Assembly (NCBI GenBank): GCA_964394435.1
Contig: CAYMXN010000002.1
Coordinates: 14,196 to 78,195 of the forward strand
Reading direction: 5' to 3'
Origin: an uncultured Candidatus Saccharibacteria bacterium
GTDB taxonomy: Bacteria; Patescibacteriota; Minisyncoccia; UBA6257; 1-14-0-10-44-23
Length of the DNA: 64,000 nucleotides
Shown: positions 1 to 11,429 of the stretch, one piece after another
How positions within the stretch are numbered: the stretch's first letter is position 1
Layout: each line of letters begins with the position of its first letter
Notes under the pieces: model-generated
What the model was told of the DNA's origin: nothing
Databases searched by the model: none
What the model saw: only the letters and a program-made list of their open reading frames with translations
Program-made: the position numbers and the translations under genes

Positions 1-303
1 CGAACTACCCGCTAACGCCCACCGCGGTGGCGGGCGTCTTCGAAGAGAGTTCCTCCCCCCAGACGCAAGTGCCACATCCCGCAACCTACCTTCAGGCAGA
101 GCTGGCACAGGGGCATGAACACCTCCTCGATCGTAGTCAGGGCGACCCCGCCCTCGGTTTCGGTCGTGAGGACCGTGCCATGACCACAGATTGGCCAAGA
201 CAGTCTGAACTTCTTCTATAACAAAAACTGCCCTACCAGCCTCAAGTACAGGCCTTGGACGGCTTTTTGGTTGGGGCGCTCCCTGCCCTCCTCTCCTTAT
301 CTC

Positions 304-795
304 TTAGTTACTCTCACGAAACGATTCTAAAACCTCCCGAACCGTGTCCGGCGTATTGAAATTAATCCACACCCGTTGCGCCTCGTCGAAGAACGTCTGA
401 CACTCGGCTACCCACTCCGCCCGACTCGCATCAGTTGCCTGCGCACTGCGAGTCCTACCGAGGATTATCATATCGTTACTACCAAGACGCTGCCTGACTC
501 CCATCAACCACCCGAACTGCGTGTTCGCGACAAAACTCGACTTTGCAGCCGATGCAGGCAAAAGATTATAAGCCTCAACCAGCTTGTCCCCTATTTTTCT
601 CATTTGCTGACCGAACTCAGTAGCATTTCTGACGGCCGCTTCAGGGTCCACCTTGCCGCCATTACGCCGCACAACCAACTCCGCCGAAGCCGCACACTCC
701 TCTAAAATCCGCTGAAATTGACCTAACTTCTCAAGAGCTTCCGGTGAGCCACCTCCCGCCCCCGCTGCGAAACTTTTTTCACCAGGCATCGCCAT
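304..795 (-). CDS. hypothetical protein, GC-rich orphan (163 aa)
   Basis: Intact ORF in a block (1-1600) whose GC is about 55 percent and whose codon third positions are GC-biased relative to the rest of the window. No motif recognised. Confidence 0.4.
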   Translation of the reverse strand: MAMPGEKSFAAGAGGGSPEALEKLGQFQRILEECAASAELVVRRNGGKVDPEAAVRNATEFGQQMRKIGDKLVEAYNLLPASAAKSSFVANTQFGWLMGVRQRLGSNDMIILGRTRSAQATDASRAEWVAECQTFFDEAQRVWINFNTPDTVREVLESFRESN

Positions 796-824
796 ATATG
801 TAGTGAATGTTTAATAGTAATATA

Positions 825-1082
825 TTAAATCAAGCCTATCACGAACAAATCCTGTTCGCAAACCCTTATTAAAAACTCCTTTGGTGGACCCCCTCTTATG
901 AGAAAACCCGCCGAAAAGTCGCGGAAGGTCTGGCCGAGGACGCAGAGCACCCGCCGTTTGAACTCTGCCCTGCTCGCGACCACCCCTGGAGTCACAAGAA
1001 CCTTCCCCCACTGGGAACCGTCCACGTGAGTCACGATGTGTCCGTGACCACACTCCGGAATCTTGATGCTGACCTTCTTGGG
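825..1082 (-). CDS. hypothetical small protein with CGHGH motif (start taken at MPKK, 86 aa)
   Basis: GGAGGG sits 4 nt before the ATG at 1082. A TTGACA-like box lies upstream at about 1150. GC-rich codons. Confidence 0.4.
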   Translation of the reverse strand, partial: PKKVSIKIPECGHGHIVTHVDGSQWGKVLVTPGVVASRAEFKRRVLCVLGQTFRDFSAGFLIRGGPPKEFLIRVCEQDLFVIGLI

Positions 1083-1260
1083 CATGACACCCTCCGCGAG
1101 CACGCAGACTATCTGCGCACCAACCCAAGCGCAATACATATTTTAAAAATAAAAGTCAATGTCAAATCTTTTGAAGTTATTTTTCCTATAGAAAATGAAA
1201 AGGCGCCAGATCTCCCAAAGGAAACCTGGCGCGATCGTAAAGCCAACTCGCTCTTCCCGA

Positions 1261-1581
1261 CTAATCTGGGTACGTCACCACTCGAAAACGAACTTCGTAC
1301 ACCTGCTCGCCGTGCGTGAACCGCTCGACTCGCTCGGTTGCTGGCGACGCAGATTCGTACGCCTGAGCCTTTTCCTTCTCAGGAAGGAGCGAACCGAGTC
1401 CAACCGGCTCACTAAGATGAGCCCTCATTGTGCGAAACAAGTTCTGCACCGCCTCGTCTTGGCTTGGGCCGAACTCATGCACCCAGGGATACAAGCAGTG
1501 TGCCACATAACAATTGTCAGAATACGGATCTTCTTCCAGCAACCCCAAGAGTTGCACGACCGCAGCTTGGACGCTCGACAT
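1261..1581 (-). CDS. hypothetical protein, GC-rich orphan (106 aa)
   Basis: ORF with an AAGGAG-like RBS (taaggagttctctcATG) directly upstream on the minus strand. Confidence 0.4.
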   Translation of the reverse strand: MSSVQAAVVQLLGLLEEDPYSDNCYVAHCLYPWVHEFGPSQDEAVQNLFRTMRAHLSEPVGLGSLLPEKEKAQAYESASPATERVERFTHGEQVYEVRFRVVTYPD

Positions 1582-1670
1582 GAGAGAACTCCTTAAGAAC
1601 TATCTTTAGGATACTCATCCGCAAACAAAAGTAAAACGGCCGGCTCTCGAAAGAGTCGACCGTACCAATA

Positions 1671-2018
1671 CTACTTCGCAAGCAGTGGCTCGAGCCACTG
1701 CCAAAATGGGCCGCGCATCTGAAACCCAAGCAACTTGCCGACTATACTGCCATCCTTCCAGACGAGGAAAAGCGGAACAGCCTTGGCTCCATAGCGACCA
1801 ATCAACTCGCCGTTCTTCTCCTCATCTACGTCTACCCGGACGAGCTTGAACCTATTCGGGTGAAGCTCGACGAGCTCGTCGATGACCTGCGTAGCGCGAT
1901 TGCATGGACCACACCAATCCGCGAAGAACTGCACCAGTACGGGGCCGGTCGCTTTGAGCACCTCGCGCTCAAAGCTGGCATCGCCCTTTACTGCGACAAA
2001 CGGAGCTTTTGCAGCCAC
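1671..2018 (-). CDS. trxA: thioredoxin
   Basis: Canonical WCGPC active site in FFADWCGPCNRATQVIDEL. Start reassigned to the GTG at 2018, which lies 6 nt after AAAGGAGGT. The longer listed ORF would run through the upstream terminator hairpin. Confidence 0.85.
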   Translation of the reverse strand: MAAKAPFVAVKGDASFEREVLKATGPVLVQFFADWCGPCNRATQVIDELVELHPNRFKLVRVDVDEEKNGELIGRYGAKAVPLFLVWKDGSIVGKLLGFQMRGPFWQWLEPLLAK

Positions 2019-2091
2019 AGGACCTCCTTTTTGCAGCCAGAGAACAATTGCAAGATGACCTACGCGCCACGATAGATTAGTTGAGCCAGCC

Positions 2092-2124
2092 CTAAAATGC
2101 AAATCCCGCCAGCTGGCGGGATTT
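2092..2124 (-). terminator. intrinsic terminator after rplK (hairpin AAATCCCGCC-AGCT-GGCGGGATTT plus T tract on minus strand)
   Basis: Perfect 10-bp inverted repeat at 2101-2124, followed on the minus strand by GCATTTT. Confidence 0.6.
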
Positions 2125-2174
2125 GTTTAGTACTATTTCTTAACTCTTCGCTGGACACTCAGAGTCTTCGAAGA

Positions 2175-2600
2175 TTACTTCTCGACCTCGATACCCATGT
2201 TGCGGGCGGTACCTTCGATGATGCGCATCGCTGCTTCATCGCTGTTGGCGTTGAGATCTGCCTTTTTCTGTTCGGCGATTTTCTTAACGTCAGCCTTGGT
2301 TACCTTTCCGACTTTCGTCGTGAGCGGGTTTCCACTTCCCTTTTCGATACCGGCTGCTTTCTTTAACAGCGCAGAAGCTGGAGGAGTCTTGAGGATGAAA
2401 TCAAACGTGCGGTCTTCGTAGATAGTGATAACGGCTGGGATTGTGTCACCGGCCATCGTCTTAGTTGCCTCGTTAAATTTCTTACAAAAATCCATCAGGT
2501 TGATACCATGAGGACCGAGAGCGGTTCCGATTGGAGGCGCTGGGTTAGCAGCTGCTCCCTGAATCTGGAGCTTGACGACTGATTTTACTGGTTTAGCCAT
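2175..2600 (-). CDS. rplK: 50S ribosomal protein L11
   Basis: 141 aa. [42 protein letters not shown] matches L11 along its length. Confidence 0.95.
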   Translation of the reverse strand: MAKPVKSVVKLQIQGAAANPAPPIGTALGPHGINLMDFCKKFNEATKTMAGDTIPAVITIYEDRTFDFILKTPPASALLKKAAGIEKGSGNPLTTKVGKVTKADVKKIAEQKKADLNANSDEAAMRIIEGTARNMGIEVEK

Positions 2601-2609
2601 ATAATTTGT

Positions 2610-3191
2610 TTATAGTTTTTGCACTTGGAGACTGTCGAGTTCGAGTACGGTATCACGGCCGAAGATTGGAATAACCACTTTGATTACTGCACTCTTCTCG
2701 TCTACCTGACTGACTTTCGCCTCCTGGTCCTTAAATGGACCGTCGGTAATTTTTACCATGTCGCCTACAGCTAAGTCAACCGTAAAGCGCTTTTCGCCAC
2801 CACCCATCTTCGCCATCAAGCTATCAACTTCAGCCTGCGAGAGTGGGAGTGGAGTGGTCGTGTCAGAGCCGACAAATCCGGTAACGCGTGGCGTGTTTCG
2901 CACTACGTACCAGCTGTCATCGGTGAGAATCATATCAACGAGCACATAACCTGGAAACGTCTTTTCTTCGATCTCCTGGCGCTTGCCGTTTTTGATCTTA
3001 ATCTTCTTTTCCTTAGGAACGACAACACTGAAAATCTTATCGCCCATTTGGAGGCTGTCGACACGCTGGTTCAAATAGCGCGCAACTGCGTCTTCATATC
3101 CAGAGTACGTGTGTACCGCGTACCAGTGGCGGCCAGTGCTTCCCTGCTGCTTACCTCCGGTCGGAGCCTTTTTGTCCTTTTTTTCGTCCAT
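2610..3191 (-). CDS. nusG: transcription termination/antitermination factor NusG
   Basis: N-terminal WYAVHTYSGYE NGN motif and C-terminal KOW (GDMVKITDGPFKDQEAKV). Conserved secE-nusG-rplK order. Confidence 0.92.
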   Translation of the reverse strand: MDEKKDKKAPTGGKQQGSTGRHWYAVHTYSGYEDAVARYLNQRVDSLQMGDKIFSVVVPKEKKIKIKNGKRQEIEEKTFPGYVLVDMILTDDSWYVVRNTPRVTGFVGSDTTTPLPLSQAEVDSLMAKMGGGEKRFTVDLAVGDMVKITDGPFKDQEAKVSQVDEKSAVIKVVIPIFGRDTVLELDSLQVQKL

Positions 3192-3205
3192 AGGAAATGT
3201 ATAAA

Positions 3206-3394
3206 TTAGACGACTAATATTTTGCCTAAGAGATAGCTAAATGCGTAATCAAATACACCCAGGTAAATAGCTACAATGAGCGCGATCGCGATGACGGTAA
3301 TCGTCAAACCACGGGTTTGCGCGAAGGTTGGCCACTGGATGGACTTAAACTCCTGCTTGGCACCAATAAAGTATTCTTTGACTCGTGAGAACAT
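3206..3394 (-). CDS. secE: preprotein translocase subunit SecE
   Basis: 62-aa protein with a single TM helix, immediately upstream of nusG as in most bacteria. Confidence 0.8.
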   Translation of the reverse strand: MFSRVKEYFIGAKQEFKSIQWPTFAQTRGLTITVIAIALIVAIYLGVFDYAFSYLLGKILVV

Positions 3395-3434
3395 ATTGCT
3401 AGAGATTATACGATAAAGTTGGACAAAAAGTCAA

Positions 3435-5492
<2,058 letters not shown>

Positions 5493-5597
5493 TCAACTCA
5501 ATACGTCTAGTTTAGCAGATTTTGGGCTTAGAAACAAGGCGAAAATACTTGATTTTTATCGACGAAATCAGTCTAAATGTAAGCCTTTTCTTGCTAT

Positions 5598-6998
5598 TTA
5601 ATTATTACTATTTTGTGGGTTGGGCGTTGTCTGGGCACTACACGATGCGGGTGCACTACACGCGTAGCTCTGCCCTTTAGTGATCTCAACCCAGCTCAAC
5701 TCGCCCACTTTTTGATTATTAGCGTCATAGAGTACAACCGAGTTGTTGGTATAGGCGAGCGAGTATGAGGCGGGAAATGTAATGTCGGCCGAAACTGAAC
5801 CGGAGTATGATCCGTCATGACCAATTAAGAAATGCTTTCCGGCCGGGATCACCTTTCCTTCAAGCCTGCTTGTCGCAACCAGCGAGGACTCGGTGCCGGA
5901 AGAGGTTTTCTTTTTCAGCGAGTATCCGGTAAGGGTTATGTCACTCGCAGTCGTATTATACAGTTCGATAAACTCATCGCTGGCGTTTACTTCTGTGCCC
6001 GCCATCACCTCACTTATAAAGAGCGAGCCCACGGTTGTACTTGGCTGCGTAGGTTGCTCGGGCGCTGCTGGCGTCGAGGTTGGTTCTGATTGTGTTGGTG
6101 CTGGAGTTGGAGTTGACTCAACTGGTGCGGATGACGATGGCGCTTCGGCTACGGCAGAAGCTGGAGCGGGTGGTGGCGAGTTTTCGGCCTTAGGAGTACC
6201 GAAGATAGTACCTGCAGCACCTCCAAGATATGTGTGCCACGCGTAATTAGGTGATCGTTCCATCGAACGCTTTGCTTCTGCATCTCCAGCGGGCCAGTCC
6301 GGACTGGCGACCACCTCATCAATTAGAAAGCAGTTTTTATCAAACAGTCGCAGCGCCTCGTTGCTATTTGAAAGCGCACCAACATACACTGCGTCAGCTT
6401 TGATCGTTGGAAGTGCCGCCTCATCGCGCTCGAGCATAAAAAATCCGCCAATACCCAAATGGGTCTGCGGAGGAATACGAACCTTAATCTGCTCTGTCTT
6501 ATCGATGAGTTGCCAGCCGGAAATATCTAACTGACTCCCGCTGATATTTTTCAACTCTACCCACTCGTGATTACTATTAGCCGAACTGCCCATCCAACCA
6601 ACTTCATTTATAATCATTCCGCGGTAGCTCGGAAACTGATTAGTCATAAATGAGCATACCTTCTCTTCAACTGGCGGCGGAGCTTCTTTTGCGACTACCA
6701 CCGGTGAGGTGGTCGCCTCCTCGCTTTTTGTCGATTGCACACCAAGCACTGCGGGCGTATTCGTGTGACTAACTGGCACGCTCGACTTTTTTGCCACTAC
6801 CAAACCCTGCTCGGGTGCCTGACCTACTGTCGAGCTCGCCTCGGGACTCATCTGGGTACTCACCTGCGCCAAGTATTGAAAATTGCTTTGCGGTGAAGCT
6901 ACATTTTTCACGCTTGAAATACCGAGAATCGCCATCACTCCAACCAGCGCCGCACCGGCGATCCAGCCAATGAGAACTTTGAGTGATACCCCATTCAT
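5598..6998 (-). CDS. membrane-anchored protein with two lamin-tail domains (LTD)
   Basis: N-terminal TM helix. Two segments match the LTD signature (INEVGWMGSSANSNHEWVELKN.., FISEVMAGTEVNASDEFIELYNTT..). Pro/Ala/Ser-rich linkers. Confidence 0.75.
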   Translation of the reverse strand: MNGVSLKVLIGWIAGAALVGVMAILGISSVKNVASPQSNFQYLAQVSTQMSPEASSTVGQAPEQGLVVAKKSSVPVSHTNTPAVLGVQSTKSEEATTSPVVVAKEAPPPVEEKVCSFMTNQFPSYRGMIINEVGWMGSSANSNHEWVELKNISGSQLDISGWQLIDKTEQIKVRIPPQTHLGIGGFFMLERDEAALPTIKADAVYVGALSNSNEALRLFDKNCFLIDEVVASPDWPAGDAEAKRSMERSPNYAWHTYLGGAAGTIFGTPKAENSPPPAPASAVAEAPSSSAPVESTPTPAPTQSEPTSTPAAPEQPTQPSTTVGSLFISEVMAGTEVNASDEFIELYNTTASDITLTGYSLKKKTSSGTESSLVATSRLEGKVIPAGKHFLIGHDGSYSGSVSADITFPASYSLAYTNNSVVLYDANNQKVGELSWVEITKGQSYACSAPASCSAQTTPNPQNSNN

Positions 6999-7132
6999 AA
7001 AAAATTAACTGCCTTTTTGAATGATAATCGGTGGACGAGCGAACTCGCCCGAAACTAAAAATCCAATCCCAAAACTAATTGAGGCGATAAGAAGGAAGAG
7101 TAAAAAGATGAGAATGGTTTTGCGCTGCATAG

Positions 7133-7864
7133 CTAAAATGCGAGATACGTCTCCCACTTTTCATACAAGTCTCTGGTCGCAAATAAATCACGCGAGTTAT
7201 ATTTCGCGATATCTAAAAACTTTCCCTCTTTAAATAGCTTACCTACATCATCTCCGGTCACCCCGTCTTCCTTTGGGCTCTTAATGCCAAAAGCGCGCGT
7301 ATATAAGTGCAGCGTACCCTTGCGTCGCATCGAGCCGTAAAAACTCAACTGATCATATAGGTCGATATGCACCGCGTCAGCTGACTGTTGATAGAGGTAG
7401 CGGGCGCGCATTAAATCCTTCGTTGGACGAATCCCGTGAATCGCAGACCGGAGCATTAAGAATGGTGCGTCAAATTGGCGACCGTTAAACGTAATGAAGT
7501 GGTGATACTTCTGGCTAAGCTCCCAAAACTTTTTCAGCATCTCCGCCTCACTCATCTGCTTGAGCACGACGCCATTTTCGGTCTCTTCTTTGATTTTCTT
7601 TCCCGGAGCCTGGTAATATACCGCTCCTTGTTTTTTGTGATAGTCGAGCACTCCGATCGCAACTATCTCACCGGTAAGCGGCGAAAAGCCTAACCCTTGC
7701 TTAAGGTCTTCGAGTGCGATGCGATAGTCGTCTTCGTTGGTAGATTCTTTCTCTATCCAGCGCGTCAGATTGTCCTGCGTCGCCTCGTCTAACGAGTCAA
7801 AATCAGTGCCCACGGTCTCGATATCAAAAACGAGCTTTTGGGGAACCGAGTTGCTGTTTGACAT
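7133..7864 (-). CDS. predicted 3'-5' exonuclease, RNase H-like/DEDD fold (PolB-exo-like)
   Basis: LVFDIETVG acidic motif at the N-terminus and YNSRDLFATRDLY near the C-terminus, as in the predicted 3'-5' exonuclease family. Confidence 0.6.
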   Translation of the reverse strand: MSNSNSVPQKLVFDIETVGTDFDSLDEATQDNLTRWIEKESTNEDDYRIALEDLKQGLGFSPLTGEIVAIGVLDYHKKQGAVYYQAPGKKIKEETENGVVLKQMSEAEMLKKFWELSQKYHHFITFNGRQFDAPFLMLRSAIHGIRPTKDLMRARYLYQQSADAVHIDLYDQLSFYGSMRRKGTLHLYTRAFGIKSPKEDGVTGDDVGKLFKEGKFLDIAKYNSRDLFATRDLYEKWETYLAF

Positions 7865-7941
7865 ATGGCTTAATTATAGCGTATAATCCAATAATCATAA
7901 ATTGAGTAGCGGTATAGGCCGCAGCTCGCTTTACCAAGAAT

Positions 7942-8223
7942 ATGGCACATACAAAATCAGGTGGTTCCACAAAATTAGGACGAGATTCAGAAAGTAAGCG
8001 CCTTGGCGTCAAATTGAACCACGGCCAGTTAGCTCACGCCGGTCAGATTATCATCCGCCAGCGCGGTACCGCAGTTATCGCCGGAGTTAACGTTCGCCGC
8101 GGAGCTGATGACACCCTCTACGCTGCTAAGACTGGTACAGTCAACTTTAAACAGACCAAGAAGACTCGCTTTGATGGCACCCGCCGCTACGCGAAGATCG
8201 TCAGCGTTACTGTGGCTAAATAA
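7942..8223 (+). CDS. rpmA: 50S ribosomal protein L27
   Basis: [24 protein letters not shown] is the classic L27 N-terminus. A TATAAT lies about 40 nt upstream. Confidence 0.95.
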   Translation: MAHTKSGGSTKLGRDSESKRLGVKLNHGQLAHAGQIIIRQRGTAVIAGVNVRRGADDTLYAAKTGTVNFKQTKKTRFDGTRRYAKIVSVTVAK

Positions 8224-8235
8224 GAACTTCAAACT

Positions 8236-8259
8236 AAAAACCCGCTTGCGCGGGTTTTT
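8236..8259. terminator. bidirectional intrinsic terminator between rpmA(+) and rplI(-)
   Basis: AAAAACCCGC-TTGC-GCGGGTTTTT, a palindrome flanked by A and T runs. Confidence 0.65.
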
Positions 8260-8262
8260 AGT

Positions 8263-8685
8263 TTAGGCTTTAATCTCGATATTCATCTTGGCGTGAACGC
8301 CACGATGCAAGTCTATTTCTACTTGATGCTTGCCGAGTGATTTAATCGGATGATCGAGGAGCGGCTGAAAATTAGCATACCCTTTTTCCTTGAGTGCGAG
8401 CTCGATATCGTGCTTTGTGACCGAACCAAATACCTCACCTTTTACTCCCGCCTTAACTGTAAAGATAAAACTATCTTTACCGATTTTATCAGCGATGTTT
8501 TGAAGTTGCTTAAGCTCGGCGGCTAACTGCTCATCATTTTTTTCTTTTTCGGCGAGGTTTTTCACATTAGCTAATACGGCGAGCTTTTTAGGAAACAAAA
8601 AGTTGCGCGCGTAGCCGTCTGCTACCTCTTTAAGTTCGTTGCGTCGGCCGATCCCGCGCACATCTTGTAAAAGCACCACCTTCAT
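8263..8685 (-). CDS. rplI: 50S ribosomal protein L9
   Basis: MKVVLLQDVRGIGRRNELKEVADGYARNFLFP is the L9 N-domain. Confidence 0.93.
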   Translation of the reverse strand: MKVVLLQDVRGIGRRNELKEVADGYARNFLFPKKLAVLANVKNLAEKEKNDEQLAAELKQLQNIADKIGKDSFIFTVKAGVKGEVFGSVTKHDIELALKEKGYANFQPLLDHPIKSLGKHQVEIDLHRGVHAKMNIEIKA

Positions 8686-8700
8686 TGGATTGAATAATAA

Positions 8701-10041
8701 TTAAGGTTTACTGCTGGTTGCTGGAACGATTTGTATCTGCTGCCCAGTCACTCCGCCAAACGATGGAATCGTAGTTGGTTCAACGACGCTCCCGTTTGGA
8801 TTTTTTACAATCTCCTCCTGCAATACCTGTAAAGCCTTTGCGAGCTGTGGATCGCGCTTAGCCTTGATGTCTTCATCGGTAAGAGCTACCTCGTAGTCTG
8901 GTTTGATGCCGTTTTTGTCTAAGATCAATCCTTTTGGCATTACCCAGTGTGCGACGGTGATCTTGATGGTCGAGCCATCCTTTAGTTCGTTAATCTCTTG
9001 CACCGTACCCTTTCCAAAACTACGCTCACCGATAATCTTGGCGCCGCGGAGATCGCGCAACGCACCGGCAAGAATTTCGGATGCAGAGGCTGAACCGCGG
9101 TTAATCAGCACGACTACTGGAATATTCTTAAGCGAGGCGTTTCCATCAGCGCGCAACACCTTATCAGACCCCTCTCTAAAGCGCTCACTTACTACAACCG
9201 TACCACGATCAACGAAATAGCCGGCGAGATTCGAGGCCACTTCGAGATATCCGCCTGGGTTGTTGCGCAAATCAATAACCACTCCCTTCACATGACTATT
9301 GAGCAAGCCGTACACTGCTTTAAAGAACTGCAACGGAGCGTTCTCATTGAAACTGTAGAGCTGAATTTGGGCGATTTGATTGTTGTTGTGCAAAGTAAGG
9401 TCGAGCGTCGGAATCGTAATCAGCGCGCGGGTAAGCGTAAAGTCTTTAGCTTGCAACCAGCCTTCGCGAAAGATATTTAGTACCACCTTCGTCCCTACCG
9501 GCCCACGAATCTTTTTAACTGCTTCTGAAACATCTAACCCTTGAGTTGGCTCATCATCAATCTTTACGATAACGTCGCCACTCTTAAGTCCAGCAGCTTG
9601 CGAAGGAGTTCCTTTGAGTGGAGAAGTGATAGCGAGTTGTTCATTGAGAATTCCGATTTCAGCACCGATACCACCAAAGTTTCCATTGATATCCTCTTCG
9701 AACTTCTGCGCATCAGCTGGCTCGAAAAAGTTTGTGTGCGGATCGCCAAACGCGTTTGTGATTCCGCGGATTGCTCCATACACCAACTTCTGATCGGTTA
9801 ATTTGCCCGCATCAACGTGAAAACGCTTCAGTCGCTGCCACGCCTCCCAGAAAACTGAAAAGTCGGCATCAGTTGTTCCACTCCCATCAGTATTAGCGAC
9901 ATTGATCTGTACTTGGCTTGTTCCTACCTGTTCACCACGCTGATATCCAAACGCAAAGCCACCGAGGATAAGTCCGGCGACTACGAGCGCCCCAATCGCG
10001 CCAAGGGCTATCTTTTTAATACGTTCCTTTGATGTAGCCAT
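8701..10041 (-). CDS. ctpA: C-terminal processing (tail-specific) peptidase, family S41, with PDZ domain
   Basis: PDZ region followed by the S41 catalytic region (RGSASASEILAGALRD..GERSFGKGTVQ). N-terminal TM anchor. Start placed at MATSKER. Confidence 0.85.
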   Translation of the reverse strand: MATSKERIKKIALGAIGALVVAGLILGGFAFGYQRGEQVGTSQVQINVANTDGSGTTDADFSVFWEAWQRLKRFHVDAGKLTDQKLVYGAIRGITNAFGDPHTNFFEPADAQKFEEDINGNFGGIGAEIGILNEQLAITSPLKGTPSQAAGLKSGDVIVKIDDEPTQGLDVSEAVKKIRGPVGTKVVLNIFREGWLQAKDFTLTRALITIPTLDLTLHNNNQIAQIQLYSFNENAPLQFFKAVYGLLNSHVKGVVIDLRNNPGGYLEVASNLAGYFVDRGTVVVSERFREGSDKVLRADGNASLKNIPVVVLINRGSASASEILAGALRDLRGAKIIGERSFGKGTVQEINELKDGSTIKITVAHWVMPKGLILDKNGIKPDYEVALTDEDIKAKRDPQLAKALQVLQEEIVKNPNGSVVEPTTIPSFGGVTGQQIQIVPATSSKP

Positions 10042-10079
10042 AGTGTCGATACTACTACAAAACCCTGGCCATGACAAAA

Positions 10080-10637
10080 CTAGAAGGTAAAAGCGGAAAG
10101 CGACTCATACGTACTCCCTCCTCGGCTAAGATGCGACTCCATAAGTTCGATTTTCTCCGGTGTAAATACAAGCTCGAATGGTTCGGTCTTAGGAGCTTGA
10201 GCCGATCGACGCAATCTCCGTGCGAGCGTGATGTGTGCTGTATATTTTTTATAATCCTGACGAAACTGCACCCCTCCAGCTAACAACCGCTCAACGAGCT
10301 CGTCGCGAACTTGCCCGAGGACATGTGAAGTCTCCTCGCTCCCCTTGAGCCAGATCATATCCGGGTCTGCCTCGCTCGGCATCGGGGTGATTTCTGTAAA
10401 TCGAAGCTCGTCTATTTCAGCAAGCATCTCAACAACCCCTTCGGTCGCAGAAAGAATGGCTGGCATCTTCTCATCATCCTGATCACCAAGAAACGCGAGC
10501 GTAATATGCCAACTTTCTGGCTCGGTTAAACGAAAATCCTCTTCTGAAACCTCAGCACCAATGATATCTGACTGATATCGCAAAGACCTGGCTGCGTTAG
10601 TCGTTAACGGAATAGAGATGAATAATCGGCGCTTCAT
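10080..10637 (-). CDS. thpR: RNA 2',3'-cyclic phosphodiesterase / 2'-5' RNA ligase (2H phosphoesterase)
   Basis: Two H-x-T-x motifs (HITLAFLG and HITLARRL) spaced as in LigT/ThpR. Start taken at MKRRLFIS. Confidence 0.8.
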   Translation of the reverse strand: MKRRLFISIPLTTNAARSLRYQSDIIGAEVSEEDFRLTEPESWHITLAFLGDQDDEKMPAILSATEGVVEMLAEIDELRFTEITPMPSEADPDMIWLKGSEETSHVLGQVRDELVERLLAGGVQFRQDYKKYTAHITLARRLRRSAQAPKTEPFELVFTPEKIELMESHLSRGGSTYESLSAFTF

Positions 10638-10653
10638 ATGGTAGTATTCTAGC

Positions 10654-10938
10654 ATGCCAGAGATGAAATCAGTCCGTCCAGACAACTACCTCGCAACTCT
10701 TAAGTCTCGTGGTGCCAAAAACCGCGTTTCACAATCATTTCAGTTAGTAGGCTTAGAGATAGCAACGATTCTTCGTGATATGCCCCATAAGGCGCTGTAC
10801 ATCAAATTCGCGAAAGAGTACAATCCTGGCCAACTCCTTGCGCTCGCTAAAGACGTAGCTGAACGCCGGGAGGTTAAGAATCGGGGGGCCTATTTTATGC
10901 GCGTCGTACACGAGTTAAAATCAGGTAATACGCAGTAG
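10654..10938 (+). CDS. hypothetical protein (94 aa)
   Basis: ORF directly upstream of def. No motif recognised. Confidence 0.45.
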   Translation: MPEMKSVRPDNYLATLKSRGAKNRVSQSFQLVGLEIATILRDMPHKALYIKFAKEYNPGQLLALAKDVAERREVKNRGAYFMRVVHELKSGNTQ

Positions 10939-10942
10939 TACT

Positions 10943-11425
10943 ATGCACATCCTCAATAAAGACAATCCGACCGATAACGCTTTCCTGCGCACTAAGACGC
11001 GGGATTTCGACTTTGCAAAAATTGGCAAGCCAGAAATTCGCGAGCTGATTAAAACCATGCGAGAGATTATGCGCGACGCTCACGGTGTCGGCTTGGCCGC
11101 AAATCAAATTGGCATTGATGCGAATATGTTTGTCGCCCAGTGCGAGGGAAAATTCTACGCGATTTTTAATCCTAAAATAACTAAAACCTCAAAAGAGACC
11201 GCCCTTCTCGAAGAGGGTTGCTTAAGCGTCCCAGGATATCACGGCATAATGAAGCGCCATGAGCGCGTCACGCTCGATGGCCAAGATCAAAATGGCAAAA
11301 AAATAAAGATTAAGGCGTGGGGACTTTTAGCACAAATCTTTCAGCACGAAACTGATCATCTTGCGGGCAAGCTCTATATCGACAAGGCTCAAAACATTAT
11401 GAAGAATGCTGATGCTGAAGAATAA
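10943..11425 (+). CDS. def: peptide deformylase
   Basis: Three PDF motifs: GVGLAANQIG, EGCLSVPG, HETDHLAG. Confidence 0.95.
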   Translation: MHILNKDNPTDNAFLRTKTRDFDFAKIGKPEIRELIKTMREIMRDAHGVGLAANQIGIDANMFVAQCEGKFYAIFNPKITKTSKETALLEEGCLSVPGYHGIMKRHERVTLDGQDQNGKKIKIKAWGLLAQIFQHETDHLAGKLYIDKAQNIMKNADAEE

Positions 11426-11429
11426 TCCT

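Noticed and set aside
27-221. 64-aa plus-strand ORF at the window edge
   Set aside because: No RBS. It lies in a GC-rich stretch where open frames arise by chance, and the context is truncated by the window boundary.
7005-7130. About 41-aa hydrophobic minus-strand ORF between the exonuclease gene and the LTD gene
   Set aside because: No SD. The start lies 2 nt after the upstream stop, and the ORF is below the size at which I can distinguish it from chance. It could be a real small membrane protein but is unsupported.
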